Assembly (NCBI RefSeq): GCF_001194135.2
Contig: NC_068987.1
Coordinates: 93,950,066-94,014,065 of the forward strand
DNA from: Octopus bimaculoides
Lineage: Eukaryota
Direction of reading: 5' to 3'
DNA length: 64,000 nt
In this document: positions 1 through 12,523 of the stretch, piece by piece
Position numbering within the stretch: position 1 is the stretch's first letter
How the letters are laid out: the number at the start of each line of letters is the position of its first letter
The notes under the pieces: model-generated
Seen by the model: the letters and a program-made list of their open reading frames with translations, nothing else
Databases searched by the model: none
Told to the model about the DNA's origin: nothing
Made by a program: the position numbers and the translations under genes

Positions 1-125
1 TCTTTTGTTGGGAGCTGTAGCACTGTCTGCCATTTGTTCATTGAGTGCTCTATGTATTTTATGATAATTGGTGCCACCTTCTTTATGGCTAGTGTTTCCA
101 GAATCCACGTGTGGGGAACACGTGG
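1..125 (-). mobile_element. 5'-truncated R4/Dong-like non-LTR retrotransposon, RT fragment (continues beyond window start)
   Basis: Minus strand reads VPHTWILETLAIKKVAPIIIKYIEHSMNKWQTVLQLPTK, matching the (D)SVPHxWI..TL segment of RLE-clade reverse transcriptases. Its 5' junction abuts (TAA)n. Confidence 0.72.
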
Positions 126-190
<65 letters not shown>

Positions 191-220
191 CATCATTATT
201 GTTGTTGTTGTTGTTGTTGT
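126..220. repeat. Compound (TAT)n/(TGT)n microsatellite
   Basis: Directly visible trinucleotide runs. Confidence 0.95.
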
Positions 221-3200
221 TTCTGCTATTCTTGTTATTATTCCGATGACATTGTTGGTGATGATTCTTTCCTTATTTGACACAATAACGTTAGAAAAGG
301 ACAAAACGCAAGATGAAACACAGACGAGCTGTAATGAAATAAAGACGCGCACAATGTAGGAAGCTACAAAAGCAAGATGGTGGAATTCAGAAAACAAAAA
401 CAACTAAAAGCCCACTAAATTCATTGCTATAAAACATATACAGACACCCATTAATAACAAAAACAATAAGAACAATACAAATAATAATTGCAAATCGTGT
501 TTCTCATCCATCCGGTTACCCTGGCAAGAGACGAGATCTTTTTTTTTTTGTTTTCTATTTGTTCGTTCATTTACTTCATTTCGTTTTTATTGCTTTTTAT
601 TTCTGTTTCTTTCTTGCGACAATATTGAACGTAAAACACAATGGTGATGNNNNNNNNNNNNNNNNNNNNNNNNNNNNNNNNNNNNNNNNNNNNNNNNNNN
701 NNNNNNNNNNNNNNNNNNNNNNNNNNNNNNNNNNNNNNNNNNNNNNNNNNNNNNNNNNNNNNNNNNNNNNNGAGGAGGAGGAGGAGGAGGAGGAGGAGGA
801 GGATGGTGGTGGTGGGTATCGTGATCATAATCAGGATTTCAGATCAAGATCATAGCCATCATGATCTTCATTTTCTGCAGCACACCATCAATCACTACCA
901 TTTTCCTATCCATCATCATCATCATTATACTCCTCCTCTTCCTCCTCCTCCTCCTCCATCATCATCATCGTCATCATCCTGATCATCATCATCATCACAT
1001 GTCCTTCTTCGTTCTCATAATCATGAAATCGAGCAAAGAATTGAAATAAGATTAAGAGAAATATAAGAGAAGGCACCGGATGAAAAATGTTTATGATTTA
1101 GAAGGTGGGGGTGGGGTGCGGGAGTGTAGGAGTGTGTGACATTGGTGGTGAAAGTGGGAGTGGATGGGAGGAAACTGGATTGGTGTAGACGATAAGAAGG
1201 ACGACGAGAAGAAGATGAAGGAGAGGAGGAAGAAAAAAGAGAAAATGAACAGGAAAAAGAAGAGGAAGTAGAGGTGAATATTGGGGAGAAGGAAGGAATG
1301 AAATGAAAAAGTAGATAAAATTGAGAGAGGATGAAAGATGAAGGGAGAGACAATGCTGAAAAGTAGGGAAATGAAGAAAGGATTAAATACAAGTGGGATT
1401 GAAAACATAACAAAAACAAAACGTCCATGATATTTGTCTAAGAGAAGAATTATTTGCGGGGAAATGTGAAATGCCAGGATGTGATTTGTAGCAGAAGGGG
1501 CGTGGTAGTGGCGGTGGGGTATCGGTAAATGATCAGAGGTGGGATGTGAGTGTTGTCTCGTAAGATGAGATACAGGCCTCTATCAAACGGAAGTGGAGTA
1601 GCAGGAGATGTTGGAACCTTCTATTTTTGTTGAGAACACACTTTATGACTTTTTATTTTTGTTTATGGCCCTGACAAGATTTGACCTTACTGCATTTATT
1701 TGTGTTTCTATGAATGTGTGTTATTTGTTTGCGAGTTTATATAACAGTGTGTGTTTGTGCATGCGCGAGTGTGTGTCATGAAAAGAGCGCCGTTCGTATT
1801 AGACATTATCCCTGATAACAAATGATCGTTTTGCATTTATTTGTTTCCCTAATAGGATGAGAGCCACACAATTCTTTGATAAGGTTTCAAACTTAACTGC
1901 AAACTAAAGGACTGAAAAGAAACGGTGGAACGAAATCGATTGAAGTCGATTTCACTAACACATTTTGTGACTTGGCTAAAATAGCTTTGAAACAACTTGA
2001 AGGGAGTGTCGACTCTTAATTTATTTTTCTGCTACACCAGATTCTGGTAAACCTACATCAGAAAAACAGTCATTCCGGTTTCTTCTTCTTGGCTGCGGTA
2101 TTGTTTAATGTTTTATTGAAGTCAATGAACAACGTTTACGTCTAGAATTCGCGATTTCATTGCAAATCTTTATTTTTGCACGTAAAGCTGGATTTCATTT
2201 CGATGTTAAAAAGACGATTGCCGCCTTTTTTCCGTAAGAAGAAAGGTCAAATTTAAAATGAATACTCTAATGAAATGAGAAAGCGAATTCATGGTGATTG
2301 GTTTTGTGAGTTCTCCTCTAATTATGTTGGCTTTTAACAGTTGACTGTGTTCTGGATAGTACTTGGTAGGTTATCAAATGCCGTGGTTATAGAAAGATTA
2401 TTAAAAAACATAAGCTGAACGCTGATTTACTATTTAGCTGTTTGAGCTGTAGTTAATTTATTCGATAACCGTCTGGGTTTATAGTAAATCTTGTCGATAC
2501 GGAATCTTGGAACCAAAATGAAACAAAAATTCAATGCAATATTGCACAGCGTCGTTGTGATTCTGTTGGCCAAAGGAAACATCATTGAATGTTATCAAAT
2601 ACTGAAGAGCTGAGTTATTTTAATATTTTTGGTTTTCCATTCTTGCATCGTGTATTCAGTGAAGAGCAATGTTGGTCATATGATACGGCATTGAACTTAC
2701 CTGTCAATAATTTGTGAATTCAAATCTGTCGCAGACGTTTTTTTCTTCATAACAAAATATTTTATACAGTGTACTCTCAACTCACAAACGTTTGGTTGTT
2801 TTCTTCTCTACAAACTACTGTCATTTAAAACTAAGATAATTACGGGTTTTAACATTGACAAATAATAAATACGATTAAATGACGCCTCTATACCAAATCA
2901 CGAAGGGATTTTTTTCTGTAGTAAAAACAGCCGAAACTTCATTCAATCATTCCCGACTGCCTTAGAAACAAAAAAATCAAATTTGATAAACTCGATCTAG
3001 ATCCACTTTAAAAACAAGATGGTCACATTAAAAATACTTCTGATCATTGACAATGGGGTTGATTTCTAGGCCTCCCTTGTATATTTTTGCTATTGTTTTT
3101 ATGTTGCATAGAAGAGTAAAAGATAGAATGGAACCTGGCAATGTTTGAACACAAAAAGTAAACGGACGGATTGAAATAGAATAAAGTTGTTTGTCCACTG

Positions 3201-3953
3201 TTCCACCTATTCTATTATTCACTCTCGATTGCAGTAATACTATAAGAAATCAATAAGGTGAATGATATTATTTTGATTTACAAGTAGCTTCTCTGATTAA
3301 TTCTTTACAGACTTAATTGCTTTGTAACGTTTGTTCAGATGATGATACATCAAATAATTAATAAAAATACTTATTTCAAATGAATTTTAAAAAAACTGCA
3401 ATGTTTACAAACCGGAAAAAGAGGGATGATTACGTAGACTCGATTGACATTGAAAACACTCAGCTAAAACAAAAATATGCAAAACTCATAAAATAAGGAT
3501 CTTTAGAAGATGGATAATTCCTGGAGCCCAAAACAGGAACTACTCAGATCTAAAATTTCACTAAAAACCAATAGCACTTAGAATATTATCCATTTGTAAT
3601 CTCTGGCTTACCATTCTTACAACGTTTCCGTTTCTTACATCGAGCACTTTATGACAAAATATTGTCTTTATTGAAACCAACCTTACAAACATATAGAGTG
3701 CTCAAGAGAGATGATCTTTCGAAATGAACCTTTGCCGCATTAGGTGTTTGAGTTTGAAATCGGAGACCAACATTCTTTAACTAATTATCTTTCAAATCCC
3801 TCCCAACTTCACCTAAACAAACATTTACATCAGCTCAAATGTGGTTCAAGTCATATTTGATCTGTACGAAGGCCATAGTCACTGTTCACTGACTGTCGAA
3901 AATATTTCTCATTTTAGACAATAGCTGTTGACATTCACCAAAAGTCCTTTCAA

Positions 3954-3968
3954 GGCGCCCTCTAGCGG
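3954..3968 (-). promoter_or_regulatory. Candidate CTCF core motif
   Basis: Minus strand CCGCTAGAGGGCGCC fits the CTCF core CC(A/G)C(C/T)AG(A/G)(G/T)GGC(A/G)C. It sits in repeat-poor AT-rich DNA where such a GC-rich word is unexpected. Confidence 0.4.
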
Positions 3969-4973
3969 AAACGTTAAATATATTTCTTCCTTCTTGACTA
4001 GCGTTGTATCACTGCTTTCGTAGTAGGCCTATTATAATGCTTTGCTCCACCCACCGATGGTGTCACGCGTGATCAGCTCATATTTCGATACGGATACTCT
4101 ATAAGTAAATCAATGTTTCCAAAATCATTTCTGAGTTGTCTCCCTTGCGATACGCGGTGTTGATGATTGCCAAGACGCTAGAAATACATTCATCTTCCCG
4201 CCAAAAGAAAACATTTCCAGGTGACTGTTGGTGTTTTTTTTTTCAATATATATTGCTTAAAGTAAGAAATGTTCTCAACAGTGAATATTAGTGGAAACGA
4301 CCTTTCCAAGTCCATTATGTCCCCACACACCCATAACACTGCTTCCGCGCGCCTCATAGAAAATTTCAACTATACCTTTCACAGTTACCTAGTCGCCCCA
4401 CTCCCTATCTCCTTCTCGTTCCTTCTCGTTCCTTCTCGTTCCTTCTCTCAACACTTCAATACTATACAGTTATCTGCAGTTATATATATTACCATTATGT
4501 TTTGTACTCACAACTACAATATTCAGCTTATCTCTCGTATTTCGATTTTACTGTTGTTTCCTTTACTTGTATCGTTTCATATTTTAATTCTTATTTCATT
4601 TTTTTATTGCTATTATAGTTCCGATCGATATGAAAATTAATAACTTCACCATTTTCCCTGAATATTTAAAAAATTTCTTACCGATTCCTTCCTAAAATCA
4701 GAAATGATCTTCTCACAACCTATATTGCAGGCTTTCTTTTTTCAAACGATAGCCACGTTTCGAGTAGATAAACATCCCAAACATTATCACCTTTACTGCT
4801 GGGGTGAAACGAATTTTAACCTCTGGCTATGCTGTAAGAAGAAAACAAAGACTGAGTAGCCATCACTTTGTTTGTACCATCTTTTCTTATTCTGATTTAC
4901 ATGTATATCTAACTATCCATCTATCAAACAATCTCTTTGCCTATCCATTTAACTACACACACACAGATACACT

Positions 4974-5030
<57 letters not shown>

Positions 5031-5459
5031 GTGTGTGTTTGTGTGTGTGTGTGTGTGCACATATGTATATATATANNNNNNNNNNNNNNNNNNNNNNNNN
5101 NNNNNNNNNNNNNNNNNNNNNNNNNNNNNNNNNNNNNNNNNNNNNNNNNNNNNNNNNNNNNNNNNNNNNNNNNNNNNNNNNNNNNNNNNNNNNNNNNNNN
5201 NNNNNNNNNNNNNNNNNNNNNNNNNNNNNNNNNNNNNNNNNNNNNNNNNNNNNNNNNNNNNNNNNNNNNNNNNNNNNNNNNNNNNNNNNNNNNNNNNNNN
5301 NNNNNNNNNNNNNNNNNNNNNNNNNNNNNNNNNNNNNNNNNNNNNNNNNNNNNNNNNNNNNNNNNNNNNNNNNNNNNNNNNNNNNNNNNNNNNNNNNNNN
5401 NNNNNNNNNNNNNNNNNNNNNNNNNNNNNNNNNNNNNNNNNNNNNNNNNNNNNNNNNNN

Positions 5460-5500
<41 letters not shown>

Positions 5501-6137
5501 CACATACATATATATACGTATGTATATGTGTATGTGTATGTGTTTTTATGTGTGTGTGTGTTTGTGCGTGTGTGTACATATAAAAATACATACGTACATA
5601 CATTCATACGCATACGCAGTTTAAATTCCCTGTATTCGAAATGGAGAACATACCAGTTATCAAAACAAAAAGCTAAAACATCCAGTTAAGATGAATTAAA
5701 ATAAAGAAAATGGCAAAGAAATTAAGACGCATGTATAAACTGATGTAAGAGGAAGTTATAGAATAACTACGAACATCCATTAATTATAGGAATGATATAT
5801 AAATGTAGCGTATAATGACTCTATAAATATAGTGCATAAGTAGAGTGGAGATGCTTTCTGCTCTGTGTTGCAAAATTTAGAAGACTGAGTTTTTAAACAC
5901 TCCCGTATATCCACCCTGTGTATCAACATCTTGTTACTCGTATTTCATAATCATCTACGCTTGCTTTTCCTTGATTCTTTGGCTAATTAGTTACCTCTAA
6001 TGACTCTAAAATTAAGTATTGATAATTATAATATGATGTACCTTATAGAGGCATCTGTTTCATATTCATAATGCTCATATAAATTGTGCATTAGTGTTTG
6101 TGTGTGTGTGTGAGTGAGTATACACACACGCGCGCGT

Positions 6138-6178
<41 letters not shown>

Positions 6179-6268
6179 CTAATGCACACACACATACAGA
6201 CACACACATAAAGTACTAATAAAATACAGAAAACATACAGTATTTAATATAAAACGAAGGCCATGTCG

Positions 6269-6500
6269 GGCGGTGAGAGCTGGCGGAATCGTCAGCACGC
6301 CGGGCGAAATGCTTAGCCGTATCACGTCTGTCTTTACGTTCTGAGTTCAAATTCCGCCGAGGTCGACTTTGTCTTTCATCGTTTCGAGGCAAAACTAAGT
6401 ACCAGTTGCGTGCTGGAGTCGATCTTAATCGACTGCCCCGCCCCCACCAAAAAAAAAAAAAAAAAAATTCGGGCCTTGTTCCGAGAGTAGATAAGAATAT
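6269..6500 (+). mobile_element. SINE family 1 (tRNA-type head, Nin/Deu-like central domain), near full length
   Basis: GGCGGTGAG..CTGGCGGAATCG A-box-like head, GAGTTCAAATTCC B box, GTCGACTTTG.CTTTCATC..TAAGTACCAG core and A-rich tail. Homologous copies recur throughout the window. Confidence 0.9.
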
Positions 6501-7592
6501 AACCGGAAAAAGGTTTCGGCAAATTTCCGTTAGGATTACATAATTGTTGTTGAAACATTAAAAAATCTAAATCACACGCCTCATCAATGTTCAGGAAGTA
6601 ACTGAATTTTTATAAACATATATTTTTTTACATTTATATAAAAAAAACCGTCCCCCCCCCCCCCCACACACACACAGAGTTACCCCATTGCTGTCAATAG
6701 GAACTCAGCAACGGCTGTTCCAAGTGCATTTGGGTGCCTCAGCACAATGAACCAGAATAGAAGGACTTCCCTTCATCTACCTGCAGAGATAAACTATTTG
6801 ATCTCCGAAATAGATACAATAAAGTATTCCCGTCATGACGCAATGAAGTCAGGCTGGACAGGTGGCACGGTGAGCTGATTTAGGTGTACTTTCACCATTT
6901 GTCTACAACGAGAAATTTTCTCTGCAACAAAACACAGTGAATGGCTTGCTTACGAGTTCGAACATACCACAAGCGTATTTGGACAGATAATAACATTGCA
7001 TATACACGCATCACAGATTAGCGCTCCCAGTCGTAAATGGTGACTGTATAGGAGGAACTGTTATAGAAAGATGACAACATTCAGAGGAGCGTCTCTAAAC
7101 ATCGAATTTGCTGTAATAACACAAATATAAAGTAGTAAGCATAAATATGTGTATAAAATATGAAATATAAAATGGGAAAGCTCCAGAAATATTTCGTTAA
7201 TCAAATATGAGAGTTCACAATTTTATTATTTTCTAAATTGTACACAAATTCATGATGAAAATACCTTTATATTTTGAAGATACAATCACATAGCGTTTAT
7301 CTTACATAATTACTCAAAACATATGTACTAAATTCATGCAAAATATCAACATGTGTTCTGCGATTATTCTGATATTATGCGAATCATAACAACCATAGGA
7401 AGTGTTTGGTCGGTTAATACAGATGAACGCAGCGACGATATAAGACTGGAATGTTAAACAAGACACTGAATCGAAAATTCCTGGTAAATTATATTGTATC
7501 AAAGCATACTACTGAATACATATAGACATATACATACACGTAAATGGCGGATTCGGCGATGCAAAGAGGAGAAATTAAGTCAATGCAAACTA

Positions 7593-7664
<72 letters not shown>

Positions 7665-7687
7665 CTCTGTATATATACACATTCACA

Positions 7688-7721
<34 letters not shown>

Positions 7722-7749
7722 TAGATAGATATAGATATAGGATATAGAG

Positions 7750-7821
<72 letters not shown>

Positions 7822-8864
7822 AAATATATGCGTGTATATATACATACATACATACATATATATATATATATAAGCTATTAGCATCAACTGCAGTATTGTT
7901 GGTGAACGGTAATCTTAATATGGATATATTTCAAGAATGCCATAATAGTGAGGTATTCGTCCTGAGAAAGCATATCGCGGTGGAACTGCCGGATCACGTG
8001 ATTTTTTGTGATCTAGCAGTTCCACCAAATACCTCAGTATTCTTGAGTTCATAAAATATATCTTGTGGTATCTGGTTGTGGGCCTTATATTCTGAGCTTG
8101 TATTTAGTCGAAACAAGCTTACTTTTTTCATTTTTTTTTCTGGGTTAATAAAATAATACCCAGACACAAACAACTTTGGGGAATAAAACAGGACTGTTCC
8201 TGTTCTTTAAATATCTGACCTTTTGCTTAAGCAAAAATCAATGCACACACACGTATATGTATGTATGTATGTTATCAATCAGTTTCATTTCTGTATTTCT
8301 TGTCCATAGAGAAAGATTCAAGGCTCCTTCATTGGAACTTTTATCAACATCATCTAGGTATTTGTGCATATGTGTGTGTGTGTGTGTGTGTAGTATTTGA
8401 TGTTAGTGTATGCGTAGATTTGTATGTTTGTTTTATGGATGCGTTTTTATGTATATATTTTCATGTCTAGATACATGCATATGTATTTATGTGCTAAATT
8501 TTTGGAGAGTTTTACATATCTTTACAGTTCCATTGATGGCTTGAATCTGTAGTCTTCTAATCAGCCTTTTTCTTTCAGGTTTTGAGAACCCTAATTTTGC
8601 CAGGTTTTTGTTGAGGCAGTTCGTATATATGTATGTATGTATGTATGTATTTAAACACAGGACTTAAACCTTCAACACGTTATAATTAGAAATACATTCA
8701 ATGATGGTAATCCTATTTATGTTGAACTTTAATATCCTTTACTTCCAACAACTGTTAATCACTAACTATTCCATTATTCTGACAAACTACCGATATTCAT
8801 AGACTATATTCATGTGTGGTGCTGGGAAGGAGAGAGAGGGAGAGAGAAAGAGAGAGATAAGGAA

Positions 8865-8990
8865 AGGGTGCACAACTCGTATTATCGTCTGATGAATCGG
8901 AAAGCGAGACGTTCGGTAATCCCTGTGAAGCTTCACATCCAACACATTATTTTGTGCTATTGCTTCCGCATTTGTTGTCATCATTTTGAG
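8865..8990 (+). mobile_element. Probable Penelope-type repeat relic with degenerate hammerhead core
   Basis: CTGATGA at 8889, GAGAC (expected GAAAC) at 8906, and flanking ATTATCG/CGGTAAT pairing. The family assignment is inference. Confidence 0.3.
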
Positions 8991-10179
8991 TTTGTAGAGC
9001 GTTGGACTAAATTCTTTACTGCATCATTTAGTTATCTTCCATTTTTGAGTTCGAATTTCACCGGCGTTGGCAACAACTGATATTCTCTCATATCGGAAGA
9101 CCAAATACCAATCAAGTATTAAGTTCGATATAATCTATAATTAACTGTCTTCACCTTCTCACTCACTGGCCTTGTGCCTCCATTAGCAATCGTGACGCGA
9201 TAAATTAAGGCTAAATTAATTTATAGGGTATTTATGTTATTCTAAAGAGCAAAAAGTAATAATAACACGGCTTCTCTCTGTTTACTGTTCACCTTTATCT
9301 TCTTATTGCTTTCTGCTAATCCAAATAATAATTGCAAGCAAGACATTATCAATAACATATATTAGAGGATTAGTATTGTTCGTATGATTAATTAAACAAC
9401 AGACAAGAACCGTAAATAAGAGAACGAACAATCCTGTTGTTACTTGCCAACTTGCTGTGACGTTGTGGCATCTCGAAACAATTAGACATTCTATGACAAC
9501 GCTAATTCTTTCTAAGACTACAGTAATTCTTTCTTGAAGAATTTAACCGTCCTCTGAGAATTCTTCACTCAGATCTGCTATATTTTATTATTTCTTTATT
9601 CTTGTTGTTATTTATATTTTATTTGTTGTAATGTTTTTTTTTATCTTGTCTGGTATATAGACAAGATTCCTTGAAAATGTATAAGCTCTGTATAACATTA
9701 AACGCCTCTTTCATATTCATCATGTCCAACACAAAAATCTGACGGTTCGCTAGCGGTCGTCGAAAGAACAAAAGAAAATATAGAGACAAAGAAATGAAGT
9801 AAAAACAAGAATAAAAATAAAATAGTTTTATTTAATTACATTTTCTTGCCGAGGCTGTCAGTGTTATTTTTCCCTCAATATATATGTCTTTTATTCATTG
9901 TGTTTTTCTTTCTTTTTACCTGACCGATCACTATTTTATCCCGACAGTCGCACTACCACCCCCACTTCCACCATCCCCACCACCACCACCACTACCATAA
10001 CCATCTTCGCTATCTTCAAAACTGCTGCCTCCATTTCTTGCTGTGGTTGCAATTACTGCAGTCATATTAAAACTAAACAAAAGCAAACAATACCGTTACC
10101 ATCCATCTTCCGCGGGGACCTGTCCACCCGCACTCCTACCCCACCGCCCCTAAAATGCTTGATAACACTAAGTTTCCGT

Positions 10180-10522
10180 CATAACTGGCAAACACCATCA
10201 CCACCACCACCGCCACCGCCACTACCACCATCACCACAGCCGCCATCTTAATAAATAACCATCTGTGAACACAATAATAGTAAGTTATACAAGGCTACCA
10301 GCACTACCACAACCACTATTACCATCAACAACAACACTGCCACCACCAATACTACAATAACCACCATTAACAACGACAACAACATGAACAATCGCCGCCG
10401 ACATCATCGTCTTTGACATTACAGTTACATTTGCGACACCACCATCGCCGTCGGCTCCTCTACAATCACCACTGCTATGACCCTAGCATTAACATCATCA
10501 TCATCATCATCATCATCATCAT

Positions 10523-10566
<44 letters not shown>

Positions 10567-10860
10567 CCATCATCATCACCACGAATATCAAACACCTCCG
10601 GGATTACCGACACAACCATCTTCTTCGCCACTACCACCCTCGTTACCATGGCTGGCAATTGTATCACCCCCTCCCCCACTACCACCACCACCATCGCCGC
10701 TACCATTAAAATCAGAACTCCGAACAATGGCACCGTCATTACAAGGATTATTACCAATATGGAGCCAACAGCGACACCACCATTATATACATCATCACCA
10801 TGACTACCACTACGACCACTAGCTTCCCATTCCAATTCTTCTTCCTCCTCCTCCTCCTCC

Positions 10861-10893
<33 letters not shown>

Positions 10894-10900
10894 GTATTCC
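10180..10900. repeat. Compound (CAC/CAT/CCT)n trinucleotide array
   Basis: Visible degenerate and pure trinucleotide runs. Confidence 0.9.
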
Positions 10901-11042
10901 ATGCACCATCAACGTCATTACTGTCAGAATCTCATCCACCACCCGCACCACTGCCCACCCGTTTCCACACAATTACTAACTACGATAAAACCACCCCCAC
11001 TCATTCCACCACCCCTTATAATAAACTCATGCATTAATATCG

Positions 11043-11241
11043 ATTCCGGATTTTGGCACAAGGCCAGCAATGTCGAGGAAGAGTGCGAGTCGACCACATC
11101 GACTCCACTGGGATTTATTTTATCGATGTCGAAATAATGAGGGCAAAGTCGACCTTGTAGGAATTCGAACTCAGAGCGAAAAGACGGACGAAATGCCGAA
11201 AAACATTTTGCCCGACATGCTAACGCTTCCGCCAGCTCACC
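11043..11241 (-). mobile_element. SINE family 1 copy
   Basis: Reverse complement aligns by eye with 6269-6500 (GGCAAAGTCGACC, GAATTCGAACTCAGA, GCCAGCTCACC). Confidence 0.85.
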
Positions 11242-11333
11242 AACCCCTGACCCCTCATTAATACGGCAACGACTTTAGTACACACAGCACTATTTCAGCC
11301 AATTCTGATAATAACAATACAACTAATATTAAA

Positions 11334-11647
11334 AACAGATATCGAAAGTCTTATCTGGAATCCAGAAATCCGGAATTACCAGAAATCCGGGTATTTTTAA
11401 AACTGAGTAGCTTAGAATTTCGCGGGCTTTTTTTTATTCGCCACGCAGCCGCTTTGCTTTGGTTTCTGTGGCGCATGCGTCACAGGACGCCAGTTCCTGT
11501 GTGACTGCTTTAGAAATGTATTAATTTGTAAGTGTCATAAAATTTTGTTCTTTATATTTCGATGTTTATTTTATATTTCCGGAAAATCCAGAAATCCGGA
11601 TCTCATCGGGTCATCAAAGTTGCCGGATAAGAGGTTCGGTAGCTGTA
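11334..11647. mobile_element. pogo/Tigger-like MITE (~310 bp)
   Basis: Imperfect TIRs ACAGATATCGAAAGTCTTATCTGG and CCGGATAAGAGGTTCGGTAGCTGTA, with TA at the right end. Subterminal CCAGAAATCCGG repeats occur near both ends. Confidence 0.6.
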
Positions 11648-11805
11648 CGACTATAAGTAACACCATCACCATCACTACCACCACCACCAACAACAACAAC
11701 AACAACAACACCTACCTCACCACTGATGTCTCTAACAAACAACGGAATGTGTCGCTTTGGAAACACTGAGGATTGTCAAAACTTTTGACTGTCATCTTTT
11801 GCTTC

Positions 11806-12125
11806 TTTCTATCATAAGACTGCGGCCATGCTGGGGCTCCGCCTTGAAGAGTTTTAGTCGAGCGAATCGCCACCAGTCATTTTCTTTTTTCTAAAAGTGA
11901 ACCGATAGAATAAGTACCTCATGCTTATTTTGTCGGTTCACTTTTACCGAACGGCTAAGTTACGGGAACATAAACTAACCAATATCGGTTGTCAAATGGT
12001 GGCGGTGGACAAACACACACACGCACACACACACGCGCACACACACGCACACATACACGCACGCACATACACACAATCACACACTGGCAAACACACACAA
12101 CCACACACTGGCACACACACAACAA
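11806..12125 (-). mobile_element. SINE family 2, 3' half
   Basis: GACTGCGGCCATGCTGG..., CCGAACGGCTAAGTTACGGG and GGACAAACAC(AC)n are homologous to the full copy at 23669-24100. Confidence 0.85.
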
Positions 12126-12183
12126 CCAAGTACACGCATATATATACCTGATCTTAGATGTACCATTTCCATAGAGCAACAGT

Positions 12184-12523
12184 ATGACTATCATCACTAT
12201 CATCATCATCATCATTATCATTGTCATCACCATCATCACCACCTTCATTATCATCATTATCATCATCATTATCATCATCATCATCATCATCATTATCATC
12301 ATCATCGACGTTGTCATCAACATCATTATTATTGTCACTATCACAAACATCAACAACTCTGCTACCATTTGCATTAGGGCACCCCTACCACCACCACCAC
12401 CATCAGCACCACCACCACACAACCTCCACTTCCCCACCACTACCCCACCCGTAACATCCATCATCACCTCAACCACTACCACCACGACCACCACCACCAC
12501 CACCACCACCACCACCACCACCA
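12184..12523. repeat. (CAT)n/(CAC)n array running into a gap
   Basis: Visible trinucleotide runs. Confidence 0.95.

Noticed and set aside
2041-2097. Exon-like segment SGKPTSEKQSFRFLLLGCG recalling G-alpha LLLLGAG
   Set aside because: The donor is weak (GTATTG), no partner exon with GxGxSGKST was found, and the match is too short.
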